Assembly (NCBI RefSeq): GCF_001194135.2 | Contig: NC_068987.1 | Coordinates: 38,668,905-38,732,904, forward strand | Direction of reading: 5' to 3' | Origin: Octopus bimaculoides | Taxonomy: Eukaryota | DNA: 64,000 nucleotides | Shown: positions 1 through 11,048 of the stretch, in pieces | Layout of the letters: each line of letters begins with the position of its first letter | How positions within the stretch are numbered: position 1 is the stretch's first letter | Notes under the pieces: model-generated | Seen by the model: only the letters and a program-made list of their open reading frames with translations | Databases searched by the model: none | Told to the model about the DNA's origin: nothing | Translations under genes and position numbers: made by a program

Positions 1-249
1 TGCAATAATAACATCACTAATACCACCTCTACCACTGCAAATACTAACGCAACTACCAATGATATTACTACTGCCGCCGCTGCTAGTAGTAGTAGTAGTA
101 GTAGTAATCATAACAGCGATGCCGATAACAATAATGACAATAATAATAATAATGTAACGCTGGCGTTGATATTGATACTAGAAATGACAGCAATATCACG
201 ATCGATTCACCTAATATTATCCTAGCCACTACCAGCACTACCTCATCTC

Positions 250-700
250 GATCTCCAATTAACCAGATCCGGGACAGACTGCCCGCTGCAAGTCCAGTGC
301 AGATGATTCAACGTCGTATACTAATGCACCGTTCACAACATAGTAAATAACTCCTATAGCAACTACATTGGATCTACCACAATTTTAAACAAAGGTATTA
401 TGCACATTTAAACTCGTTTAAATATAAAGAGAATAGGAATTCCACATCACTAGCCAACCACGTACACCATCTAATTAAATACAATATAATCCTTCCTGGG
501 CTATAACAGACTCGGGTATCCCGTACCAGGGCCAACAACTCATTTGTGGACTCTGCTTAAAAGAAACCTTCAAGATTTTAACCCATAACTCACCACAATT
601 GCTTAATAAACATAGCGAAGCCTTCACTACGCGTAAGCACAAATTCTTCTGCACTTTTGAATTCTTTCATAAATCTAAATGTTCACCCCCCTCACGAATA
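250..700 (+). mobile_element. Penelope-like element, GIY-YIG endonuclease relic
   Basis: Frameshifted CPLQ..C..NVVY.C.V...YIGST..FKQRYYAHLNSFKYKENRNSTSLANHV and [12 protein letters not shown]...CGLCLKE...LLNKHSE. Confidence 0.75.
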
Positions 701-764
701 CCACCCACATACGAACCACCATGATCATTAACACATACCCCTCGATATCTCTTCTTTTCTAGTC

Positions 765-937
765 TAGGCACAAGGCCCGAAATTTTTGGGGAGGGTACCA
801 GTCTATTAGATCGACTTCAGTATGCAACTGGCATTTAATTCATCGACCCCGAAAGGATGAAAGGCAAAGTCGACCTTGGCGGAATTTGAACTCAGAATGT
901 AAAGACAGGCGAAATACCGCTAAGCATTTCGCCCGGC
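765..937 (-). mobile_element. tRNA-derived SINE, family A
   Basis: Reverse complement contains the B-box-like GAGTTCAAATTCCGCC followed by GTCGACTTTGCCTTTCATCCTTTCGGGGTCGAT; the same unit recurs at 15400, 17835, 43950 and 58790. Confidence 0.85.
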
Positions 938-1890
938 ATCTCTTCTATTTACCTTATCTCATATCTCTTCTATCTACCTTACCTCATCACTTTATGCGAT
1001 AAATATTAATTCTTTAATTTACCTTTAATTTATCTTTAAACCTTAACCTAATAAATCCCTTAGTATTCAATTCTAACTCCTACTCCTAAATAATTTAACA
1101 TTCAACTAGTTCCTCCACTCTCGACTACCTATATACCCATAACCCATTGCTAAAAATAACTCTACAGCCACTGACCTTAGCCAGGACAGACACAAGCATT
1201 TACTACTAGACTAGAAGAATACCACTGACACCTACTACTCTCTTTAAATTCCTTTCATTTTGCTCTATTTTGTTTACTTTTTTACGTTAACTTCTTCTAT
1301 CTCCTCATCTCCTCTCTTATCTTCTCGGCTATCCTTGCACGCTATATTCTGAGACACTATATGCTTATATACCTTACTTTATCCTAAAGCCAATCCTTAA
1401 CATCCCACCTCAGTCTGTTTACCTCTCTTTCTATTAATTTACTTTTCTTTCCTTTTACCACTTAATAGCCACCTCCATTATTGAACGTTGAGATGCTCGC
1501 GTCTTTTTTCTGGATGTTTACAATATCAGGACTTTAACCCACGCGGATCTACGCAGGATTGCACCTAAGGACTTATTCACTTATTTCCACCACATCGGAA
1601 AGTTGAACTGTGAACTTTTATGCTTATTTTTCTTCTCTCTCTTCGTCTCTTTTTTCGTTTACTTCTGTCCTCTATGTCGTCATTTCATTTATCTATACCC
1701 CTGTAGCAAGGCACAAGAAGCCAGCGCCATTTTGTACGAGATCTCGCCGGTAGTCATTACCATGTTCGAGACAGGAGCGAGATCTCGCCTGCAACCATTT
1801 GCCATGCGCAAGACGTCAGCGAGACTCTCGCCGGCAACGACTATTTAAGCAGGAGAATTAAGACATTCTTTCTCTTTCTTTCTTCTCGCT

Positions 1891-4160
1891 CGTAGAGTTC
1901 GTATCGTGCTGGTGTATTTGTTGATTATGTGCGGAGTAGTCGACTGTCTTGTGTTGCTTTGCAGCGGTTTTCTGGTGGTGCTTTCTCTCCGCCTTGAATA
2001 GGGTCAGCAATATCAACAAAAAGAAACATGGGATCTTGTTCAAAACGGGGGCACCAGTATTTTCTTAACGAAACACTTTGAAACTTGGGACACTGGTAGA
2101 ATGTGTCATATAAAACATCTTTTTCTCTTAGTATTCTTAACAAAAAAACGTACATCGCAAGTTATTCCATGTTAAAGTTGTCGTATTTCTGTAATTTCAA
2201 CCAATCACTGACGTCTATTCAGCTGAATAGAGTTACTGCTACCCGGTCATAAAAATGTTATTCCCTGTGACATATTTCATCCGGTTTAATCGTAATTTAT
2301 ACGCATATATTGTTTATATAATAAATTACACTGTGCGTATCTATGTGTGTAACAATTTTAGAGTTCGGATTCTAGAGTTAGGGTTAGGGTTAGGGTCAGA
2401 ACTAACGGGGATTAATACGATATACACCGTTACAGCGCTAACTGTTTTCAACTGAATAGACGTCAGTGATTAGTAGAAATTATCGAAATAAGACAATTTT
2501 TTACATGAAATAAATTCGAATACAAAAATTGTTTTCTGTTCTATAACACATAATAGATAAGTATACGAAGTTTGAAAGTCTTTCGGTACCAAAAACACTA
2601 CATAAAACATAAATGAAGACCGGTGCCCCCGTTTTGAACAAGATCCGAAACATGTTCTATTCGGACCTTAGTGGGTACAAATTGTCCTCTTCGGAGGAGG
2701 AGCTCGCACGAGCAGTTGGTAGAATGGACAAGTGCTTAAGGAAGAAAAGTTTTGCGGAAGTGACAGAAGTCACAAAAAAAGACGTGGACCTGACAAACAT
2801 AGAAAAATATGAGAAGATGGCACGTAGGGTAGGTGGTGACGTTAAGTTGTCACCAACCCAGAAAGTATTGGAAGAGATGGATAAGAAAACTATAGTATAC
2901 AAAGTGTATTCTGTGGGAATAAAGAAGATAGAAAATGTGGAAGTAGAAATTATAGAAAAGGCGTTGTGCTCCGTCTGGCAAGACAACATATCTTGCCAGA
3001 GGAAGCAGATACGGAACAATTGTGGTCCATTTCAAGACAGAAGGAAAAGCAAAAGAACACGCAGTAACCACAGTAAAGTCGGATAAAGTGGTCCTTGTAC
3101 CCACTTATCATGGAAGAAGGACTTTCAGGATTAAGGTGGAGGGAATCCCATCGGAAATAGAAGTGGCTTGGGTTGCGGCGGCTGTTCTTCTAGGAAGTAA
3201 AGAAGAAATAGCCGTACTCCAAGCCACAAAAACAGAAAATTCGGTATGGAAAGGCCAAACACTGGACCTGATCATACAGGGCACTGCAGAAACACTGGAA
3301 AATCTAGTAGAAACAATGACCATTGGAGATGTGGTGTTGAGAGTGTGGGTGAAGGGCAGAACCCCTCGTTGCTTTAAATGTAGCCAAAAAGGTCACATTA
3401 GAACACACTGCCCTCTACAGAAGCAGAGAAGTCAGGAGGAAGTTGGAAAGGAACCGGAGAAGGTGCAACAGGAAGAAAAGAGAAACGAAGAACAGTGGAT
3501 GGTACCTGAATGAAGAAAAAGGAAGAGGAAGAAAGGACAGAGTGAAGTAGAACGCCAAACCATACCCACCCATACCCTCTCACTACAGACACCAATCCAC
3601 CCATTCCCCTCCTACACAAAGCAAGAGAAAAAAAGAAATACAAACACACCAGAATATACCCCCCCTCATTGAAAATTGTTACATCTGTATGATGGTTGAA
3701 GGTGTAGACAAAGAACTGCTTAATAAGACTACAAGATGGAAAGCTGCAAGATTCGTCAACGTCGAAGGGTGGACTAATATAGCTGGATGGCACTCATGTG
3801 TTCTGATGTGGGAAAGCCAAAAGGAAGAGATATTGAAATTCAAGAAAGGTTATAAGTGTTGGAGGGTGATTGGAGATTTAAAGACGATATTGGACAATGT
3901 GGGATACGAATAGCTAACAAAGAAATATGGTATAGACATTTTGAAGGACTCGGAATTCAAAAGATAAAAGGAAGCAAGTGATGCTGCTTGAGGTGGGGCA
4001 AGCAGCACATTTCCATTATCATTTTCATTGTATCATTCATGTTATCGTACGTTTAATTTTTATTTTCTCATTTTTATTTAAGTTTTCGTGTTTATATGTC
4101 CCCACATGTGTTTGTATTGTCCCTTCTTCATTGGCCCTTTGTGGGTAATATTAAATAATC
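1891..4160 (+). mobile_element. Non-autonomous Tx1/L1-type (HAL1-like, ORF1-only) retroposon inserted in the Gypsy 5' LTR
   Basis: Interrupts the LTR between near-duplicated TTCTTCTC(TC)GCT (1880-1890 and 4164-4176). Frameshifted gag-like ORF1 2652-3913 with zinc knuckle CFKCSQKGHIRTHC. No RT motifs. 3' tail ...GCCCTTTGTGGGTAATATTAAATAA. Confidence 0.65.
2031..2646. mobile_element. 616-bp MITE with perfect 25-bp TIRs and 8-bp TSD (Merlin- or hAT-like)
   Basis: TIR GGATCTTGTTCAAAACGGGGGCACC at 2031-2055 and its exact reverse complement at 2622-2646. TSD GAAACATG at 2023-2030 and 2647-2654. Imperfect internal inverted repeat ~2160-2227 vs ~2447-2515; (TTAGGG)3 at 2378-2395. Confidence 0.9.
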
Positions 4161-7100
4161 TCGTTCTTCTCTCGCTGACGCCGAGCAAGACTTCGAAGCC
4201 AGGAGCTCACAGCGGACTTTTGTCCCGCTGTTATACCACATGCATTGTCTCCAGAAGTTATTGAACCTCACGTGTATGGGAGAGAAGGCTAACTACACAA
4301 TGCTGTGAGGATGGTTACTGAAACCAAACTCCTTGTACGAAGCACCTGTGAATAAACGGTTATTGAATTTACTCCGCCTGAGAACTTCGTTCTTCGTATT
4401 TCCAGCTCCTTGAATCAACAGAATAATTATAATGGAAGGAGTTACCCCAAAAGTATCATAAAAACCTTCCTTCCATTATAAAATGGCGACCCCAGTCTAA
4501 AAGGATTTTCAGCACCCGAAAGCTTTTATCGTTNNNNNNNNNNNNNNNNNNNNNNNNNNNNNNNNNNNNNNNNNNNNNNNNNNNNNNNNNNNNNNNNNNN
4601 NNNNNNNNNNNNNNNNNNNNNNNNNNNNNNNNNNNNNNNNNNNNNNNNNNNNNNNNNNNNNNNNNNNNNNNNNNNNNNNNNNNNNNNNNNNNNNNNNNNN
4701 NNNNNNNNNNNNNNNNNNNNNNNNNNNNNNNNNNNNNNNNNNNNNNNNNNNNNNNNNNNNNNNNNNNNNNNNNNNNNNNNNNNNNNNNNNNNNNNNNNNN
4801 NNNNNNNNNNNNNNNNNNNNNNNNNNNNNNNNNNNNNNNNNNNNNNNNNNNNNNNNNNNNNNNNNNNNNNNNNNNNNNNNNNNNNNNNNNNNNNNNNNNN
4901 NNNNNNNNNNNNNNNNNNNNNNNNNNNNNNNNNNNNNNNNNNNNNNNNNNNNNNNNNNNNNNNNNNNNNNNNNNNNNNNNNNNNNNNNNNNNNNNNNNNN
5001 NNNNNNNNNNNNNNNNNNNNNNNNNNNNNNNNNNNNNNNNNNNNNNNNNNNNNNNNNNNNNNNNNNNNNNNNNNNNNNNNNNNNNNNNNNNNNNNNNNNN
5101 NNNNNNNNNNNNNNNNNNNNNNNNNNNNNNNNNNNNNNNNNNNNNNNNNNNNNNNNNNNNNNNNNNNNNNNNNNNNNNNNNNNNNNNNNNNNNNNNNNNN
5201 NNNNNNNNNNNNNNNNNNNNNNNNNNNGGTTCATTGGTCCTTTTCTCTGTTAGAATTTGTATATTTCCATACTTTTTTCCTTTTTCCTTTCTTTCCTCTG
5301 TAAAAGATGAGTCTTCCCAGCTTTCTCGCATAGACTGGTGACGTCATACTTTGGTTTGCTCAATTGGATGCATATTTTTCTGCCCATGCTGTGCCTCACC
5401 AACAGCAACTGAACCTTTTGTACTGTGGAATGCCTTTACCTCTTTGCACGCTCAATGAAAGATCTCATTACTGACCCACATCCGGACGCGACTTACACGT
5501 CAGTCAAATCCGAGGTTCTCGTCGGAACACACAATCCGCGGAGAGTAAATTCCGGACACTGGTGTCGGATGAACACCTGGGAGATAGGACACCATCTGAG
5601 TTACTTCGTCGTTTGTGAGAGCACAGCAACACTCCACTTGAGGACAATCCTCTGCTTAGGAAATTGTCTTTCTTTCGTCTACCGCCGAATGTCCAGTCGA
5701 TACTGGCCGCAACGGACGACTTCAATTCGCTCGGACACCATGGCGGACAAGATCACAGAGTTTACTGTGCAGCCCGCATCTTACCATACCTGTTCGGACT
5801 CCATAGTAGCTTCCTCTACTACTACAGAGTCTCCTGTCTCGTCGCATGACGACGTTTTGGAGAGAGTCGATGCATTAACACGTCCCATGAACACACTTTG
5901 GCGAGAAGATGCCAGCTCTCGTCGTCCTCGTAGCAGAAGCCGTTCTGAACCACGGCCATCTAGTTCTGCTCCAACGGTTTCCAGATTTAAGGACAAAGCC
6001 CGTTAATGCATCCAGCCCTGTTCATTCTAGCTGTCGGGAAACTAATTGCGGAAGATTTGCGCACGTCAATTTCTTCCCGCAATTTTTCATCTCATCGTGC
6101 ATCCTTTGTTAAGGATCGTATGTCTAACGAATCGTTCATGATTGACACTGGATCCAGCTGTTCTATTTGGCCTTTGCGTCTTACTTCAGACGAGCCGAAG
6201 CAACATGCCATTAACCTGCACGCGGTGAATCTATCCCCGATAAAAAAAAAACTTACGGTCAGGTCTCATTAAACCTAGCTCTCAACCTTCGAAGGGATTT
6301 TAGATGGGTTTTTGTTATAGCAGATCTGCCATACCCCATTCTGGGCGTGGACTTCTTAAACCACTTTCACTTGTTAGTAGGTGTCAGACGACAGAGACTC
6401 GTGGACGATTCTACGTCTTTGTTTATGCCTACTCGGGTTACTACTAATGCTTTTTTCAGCCCGTCATTTTTTGTCGCCACTGCTGGTGACCAGTACCACT
6501 CTCTTTTGGCTTCTTTCCCAGAGCTGGTAGATCCGACTTTCAAATCAATCAAAGTAACACTCGAATCGCTTTTATATCACTACTTCTGGACCACCCGTTT
6601 TTTCGCAGCTTAAAAAGGCTCGATCTGAGTTTGAGCATATGCTTCAACTCGGCCTTATTCGCCCCTCCACCAGCCCTTGGTCATCTCCTCATCATTTGGC
6701 ACGGAAAGGGGATTCAGATTTTTGTCCGGTGGGAGATGACAGACGTTTGAATGTGATCACTGCTCCCGATCACTATCCGATAAGGTATGACCGGGATTTT
6801 TCTTCAAACTTGCATGGTTGTACTATTTTTTTCCAAGACTTACCTCATCCGGGCTTATCGTCAAACTCCGATGAACCTTGACGACATTCCAAAAACTGCC
6901 GTTGCCACCCACTTTTGGAAGTATCGAGTTCCTGTTTATGAGCTTTGGTTTGCGGAATGCAACGAGTACATTCCAGAGGTTTATTGACGAAGTTGTCCGT
7001 GGACTTGACTGTGTTCGCTTACGTCGATAATTTGCTCATAGCTAGCGACACGCGTGTAAATCACCTCCAAAACTTATCTCAACCTTTTCAGCGTCTTCGC

Positions 7101-8879
7101 ACCTACAATGTGCGAATCAACCCCGATAAGTGTGTTTTCGGACAGACCTCTCTGGAATTCTTAGGTCATTATATCGACTCTAATGGTATCCGACCTCTCT
7201 CCTCCAAAGTCGATGCAATTCATCGCATCTCACCTCCCACTTCTCTACGCCAACTGCGTCATTTCTTGGGAATCGTCAACTTCTACAGGAGATTCATACC
7301 TAAATGTGCAGACAAGTTACTTCCCCTGACTATTGAAAGCAAATGAAACAAGAAATCCTCCTATCACTCTATCAGTCGAGACATTATCTTTTGAGTCAAT
7401 CAAGAAGGAAATAGCTTCTGTTCCTTTGCTTGTACATCTGGTTCCTGATGCTCGTCTCTCTTTAACAGTTGATGCATTCTTTTCTCGCCAATTAAAGTCA
7501 ACTGAACATCCTTACAGTACGTATGATCGTGAACACTTAGCGATCTACCTGTCGGTTCGTCATTTTCAACATCAACTCGAGGGTCGAGATTTTGTGATTT
7601 ATACTGATCACAAGCCTCTTACGTTTGCTCTGTCACCTAAATCGGACAAACACTCGCCTCGTGCTTTTCGTCACCTGGACTACATTTCCCAGTTCACGAG
7701 TGACATTCGGCATATACCTGGAATAGAGAACGTACCTGCTGACGTACTCTCTCGTCTCCCTGTGTGTTCTCTTTCATCTCCAGCTGCAATCGACTTAACT
7801 GCCATTGCGCAGGATCAGCCAGCTCTGGATACATTGGATCTAAGTTCTACCAAGTTGTCTTGTTGCAAGTTTTCCTATCTTCCACTTCCGTCTGCTGAAG
7901 GCGCAATCCTTTGTGACACAGCCACTGGTTCTCCCAGACCGTTTGTACCTGAGAACTACCAGCGTTCCGTTTTTGATGCCTGGCATCGCTGCCTCGGTAA
8001 AGCTTATTACGGCTCGGTTTTTCTGGCCTAATATGTGTTGCATGATCACCGCTTGGGCACGCACTTGTGTGAAATGCTAGCGTTCTAAAATCCACAGGTA
8101 CATTCGCGCTCCTCTTGGACAGTTTTCTCCGCCGGAGACTCGCTTTCGTCATGTCCACATTGATCTGATTGGACCATGGCCTGTCAGTCGCGGTTTCTCT
8201 TATATATTGACATGCGTCGATCGTTTCTCTCGTTTCTCACATTTTTGCACCATATCTTGTTGTTTGCGATCGGTTACCATCTTTGCTCTTTTTTTGTGCC
8301 TGCTCCAGTTATTCTCTATCTTTGCACTGGCGTTCTCAGGGGGAGCCCCTGTAGCAAGACACAAAGAAGTCAGCGCCATTTTGAAACAGTGAGATCTCGC
8401 CTGCAACCATAGCCATATGCGAGACAAAAATGAGATCTCCCCTGCTACCATTATTTCAGGAAAAGCCAACAACATTTTCTCTCTCATTCTTCTCACGCTG
8501 ACGCCGAACAAGACTTCAAAACCAAGAGCTCACAGCGGACTTTTGTCCCGTTGTGATACCACATGCATTGTCTCCAGAGGTTATTGAACCTCACGTGTAT
8601 GGGAGAGGATGGTTATTGAAAGCAAACCCCTTGTACGAAGCACCTGTGAATAAACGGTTATTGAATTTACTCCGCCTGATAACTTCATTTTTCGTATTTC
8701 CAGCTCCTTAAATCAATCAACAGAATAATTATAATGGTAGAAGAAGATACCCCAAAGTATCATAAAAACCTCCCTTCCATTATAAATGAATAATTAAATA
8801 ATTAAATTAAATTAAGAAAATATGAAGTAGTCCATAATTTTTGTAATTCCAATTTATAAATACCTTCTAAGATACTCCT

Positions 8880-9729
8880 CCAGCTGTTTATGGCTGGCTA
8901 AGATCATCCTGTCCAGGGTTCAGCATCTTGATCAGGCCGAAAAGGTGGGTGGGGAACTCCACTACATGCAGTGGTAGCATGTTGTCGATAAACAGGTCTA
9001 CATTCCTTCTGTCCACCATAGACTGACGGACGCTAGTGCCAGCAGTTTGGGCAAACACCTTGCCAATGCTGGGCTGGCAAGCTTTCTTTGCACATGGCTG
9101 CAAAGATTGGCTACTGGCACTGATACCAGAAGATTGCCCGTGTTTCCTCTTCTCAAATTAGATGGCATGCTTTGAGTGTTTCCCTTTGACATGCAACCTC
9201 AAGTTCAGAGGCTCGCCACTTGTCCCTTGATGGTGGTCTGCTTGGGCTGGCACATGATGCACCAGAAGTACAAGATTTTGCTGTTCCTCTTATCCCTTGA
9301 CGTAAGGACAAAGTGGTCCTCCAGGGAGGGCCACGGGTTCTGAGGCTCCTGGCTCTCAACCTGAACGGCCTCTGCCCCACCCGCAGTCATTGCAGTCTCC
9401 TCAACAGGCCCTTCATCCTCAGGCCGAACAAAAACGTTTTCACCTTCCATAACTATAAGCAATAATTTGATAAGCCGATAACGTACACTGCTGTTGCCGA
9501 TACTGTAAGACACCCTAATGTGACAACGTCGTAAGTGAACACAACTCAAAACTGCAGAATTACACAATGCTGTTCAGCTAGCTGCTGTTGCGTCGACCAG
9601 TCACGCCTTGTCACGTGTACATATAGTAATCCAATAGCGTGCTTGACGGACTCTTCGCTAATCCACTAAACGAAAAGTTAGCTTCGCTAATTAGCAGTTA
9701 GTGGATTAGCAGAACTATGCTGACCACTG
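8880..9729 (-). mobile_element. hAT transposon 5' fragment with BED-finger transposase start
   Basis: End CAGTGGTCAGC at 9729. PWPSL..F...WCIMCQP...SL*NLRLHV..H (BED-like), then VRQSMVD...FIDNMLPLHVVE.P...LIKMLNP; truncated before the catalytic core. Confidence 0.7.
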
Positions 9730-9771
9730 TATATATCTGTGTATATTTATATATCACTCTCTATCTCTCTC

Positions 9772-9813
<42 letters not shown>

Positions 9814-10889
9814 TATATATACACACACACACATATACATTTATATATCATTTGCAATCAGTAAGTAGATGATATTCGCTAAATGCGTAGTGTGAGTTCG
9901 TTCCGCCAGTATGTTTGTTGCTCTTTTCTTATAATACCTAATACTGTTTGTCTTAAACATTGCGAATTGATAACTAGAAGTCGTTTTTCTTAAAGAATAC
10001 AGGTTTAACTTTATTCAGAGAAGGCACTTTTATAAATTGAGCAAATAAATGGAAAACAAATATAAATGTTGAAGGCTTAAAATAGTATATTCGGTATATA
10101 ATAATTGTAATTTAAATCATTTATTATAATAATTATGATTAATATAAAAATCTACCATATCTGTTCAATAACCATCAAATAATTTCAGTTCAAGAGTTTT
10201 CCTTCTTTCAAATAATTTGTGATATTGAAACAGTATCTACAATCATTTTTATCACAACAGTAAGTTTGTTAAAATAAGAGAAACGTATACTATTGTTTTA
10301 AATTATTCTAGTCTGCTTCTTTGCGTAACTGCTGTCAGATTAGGCATAAGCCATTTACATATGAAATATATAAAATATTACGAAACTTTAACTATTTGAA
10401 GTGCGAAAACTGCAAAAATTCTAAACCAAACAATCTGAAATTTTAATATTTATTTTCAACAATCGAAATATTATCTATTACTAAAACAAATTTAGAAATA
10501 CTTATCTTCTCTATAGCTTATATGAGAAAGTAGGCTTTCGCTTCTTTCTCTTTATATATGAACTGATATGGTAGATCTGAATATATTTTAAGGAATGCGG
10601 TTAAATGCTTAGTAAAAAGTTATACCTTTACATATGCAAAAGGTAAAAAAGAGAATATAAAAGTTATATTAGTTCAAATAATATATATTCCTTGTACTTG
10701 CTATCATTGTGAATATAGAAAACCAAAATTAAAAGAACAACAAAAAGGTTTCATTTCCCAGTTGAATCAGTGCCGTAATTTGCTTAGTATTTTCTTTGAA
10801 AGAAAGTAGTCGGACCGGATCGGTTAACAGATCGAACTGTAGTAGTAGTTGAATGCCTCTCAGTTGCAGGCCGATGGGCATTAGTGTTA

Positions 10890-11048
10890 TCACTTCCTTG
10901 AGACGATTCTCTTGAGACGATAGTCTGTCCTGCTTGTGCCCGACATTTGCGACATACTGTGAGTTTCTCCGAAACTGCTTTCTCCACCGCCCATAGTACC
11001 ATTGAGGTTATGGAAATATGCTCTCATTTGTTCGTTCAAAGAACGACT
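10890..11048 (-). CDS. Last coding exon C3 (159 nt including stop)
   Basis: ttcattttctttccatcttcag|AGT CGT ... AAG TGA; [52 protein letters not shown]. An AT-rich putative 3' UTR follows, with minus-strand AATAAA near 10449, 10120 and 10010. Confidence 0.8.
   Translation of the reverse strand, partial: SRSLNEQMRAYFHNLNGTMGGGESSFGETHSMSQMSGTSRTDYRLKRIVSRK

Larger units (their letters stand above)
1702..8784 (+). mobile_element. Decayed Ty3/Gypsy (Mag-like) LTR retrotransposon with interrupted 5' LTR
   Basis: 5' LTR 1702-1890 plus 4164-4480 and 3' LTR 8350-8784, both starting TGTAGCAAG and ending CCATTATA. PBS TGGCGACCCCAG at 4484; purine-rich PPT before 8350. Gag LGDRTPSELLRRL, protease FMIDTGSS, RT FAYVDNLLIAS, RNase H YSTYDRE...IYTDHKPL, truncated integrase; many frameshifts. 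Confidence 0.9.

Noticed and set aside
2378-2395. (TTAGGG)3 as a telomere or interstitial fusion site
   Set aside because: Only three units, and they lie inside a MITE.
10784-11002. Alternative minus-strand [11 protein letters not shown]... as last exon
   Set aside because: No acceptor in its frame. The overlapping frame (10890-11048) has a strong pyrimidine tract and AG, and matches the phase of exon C2.
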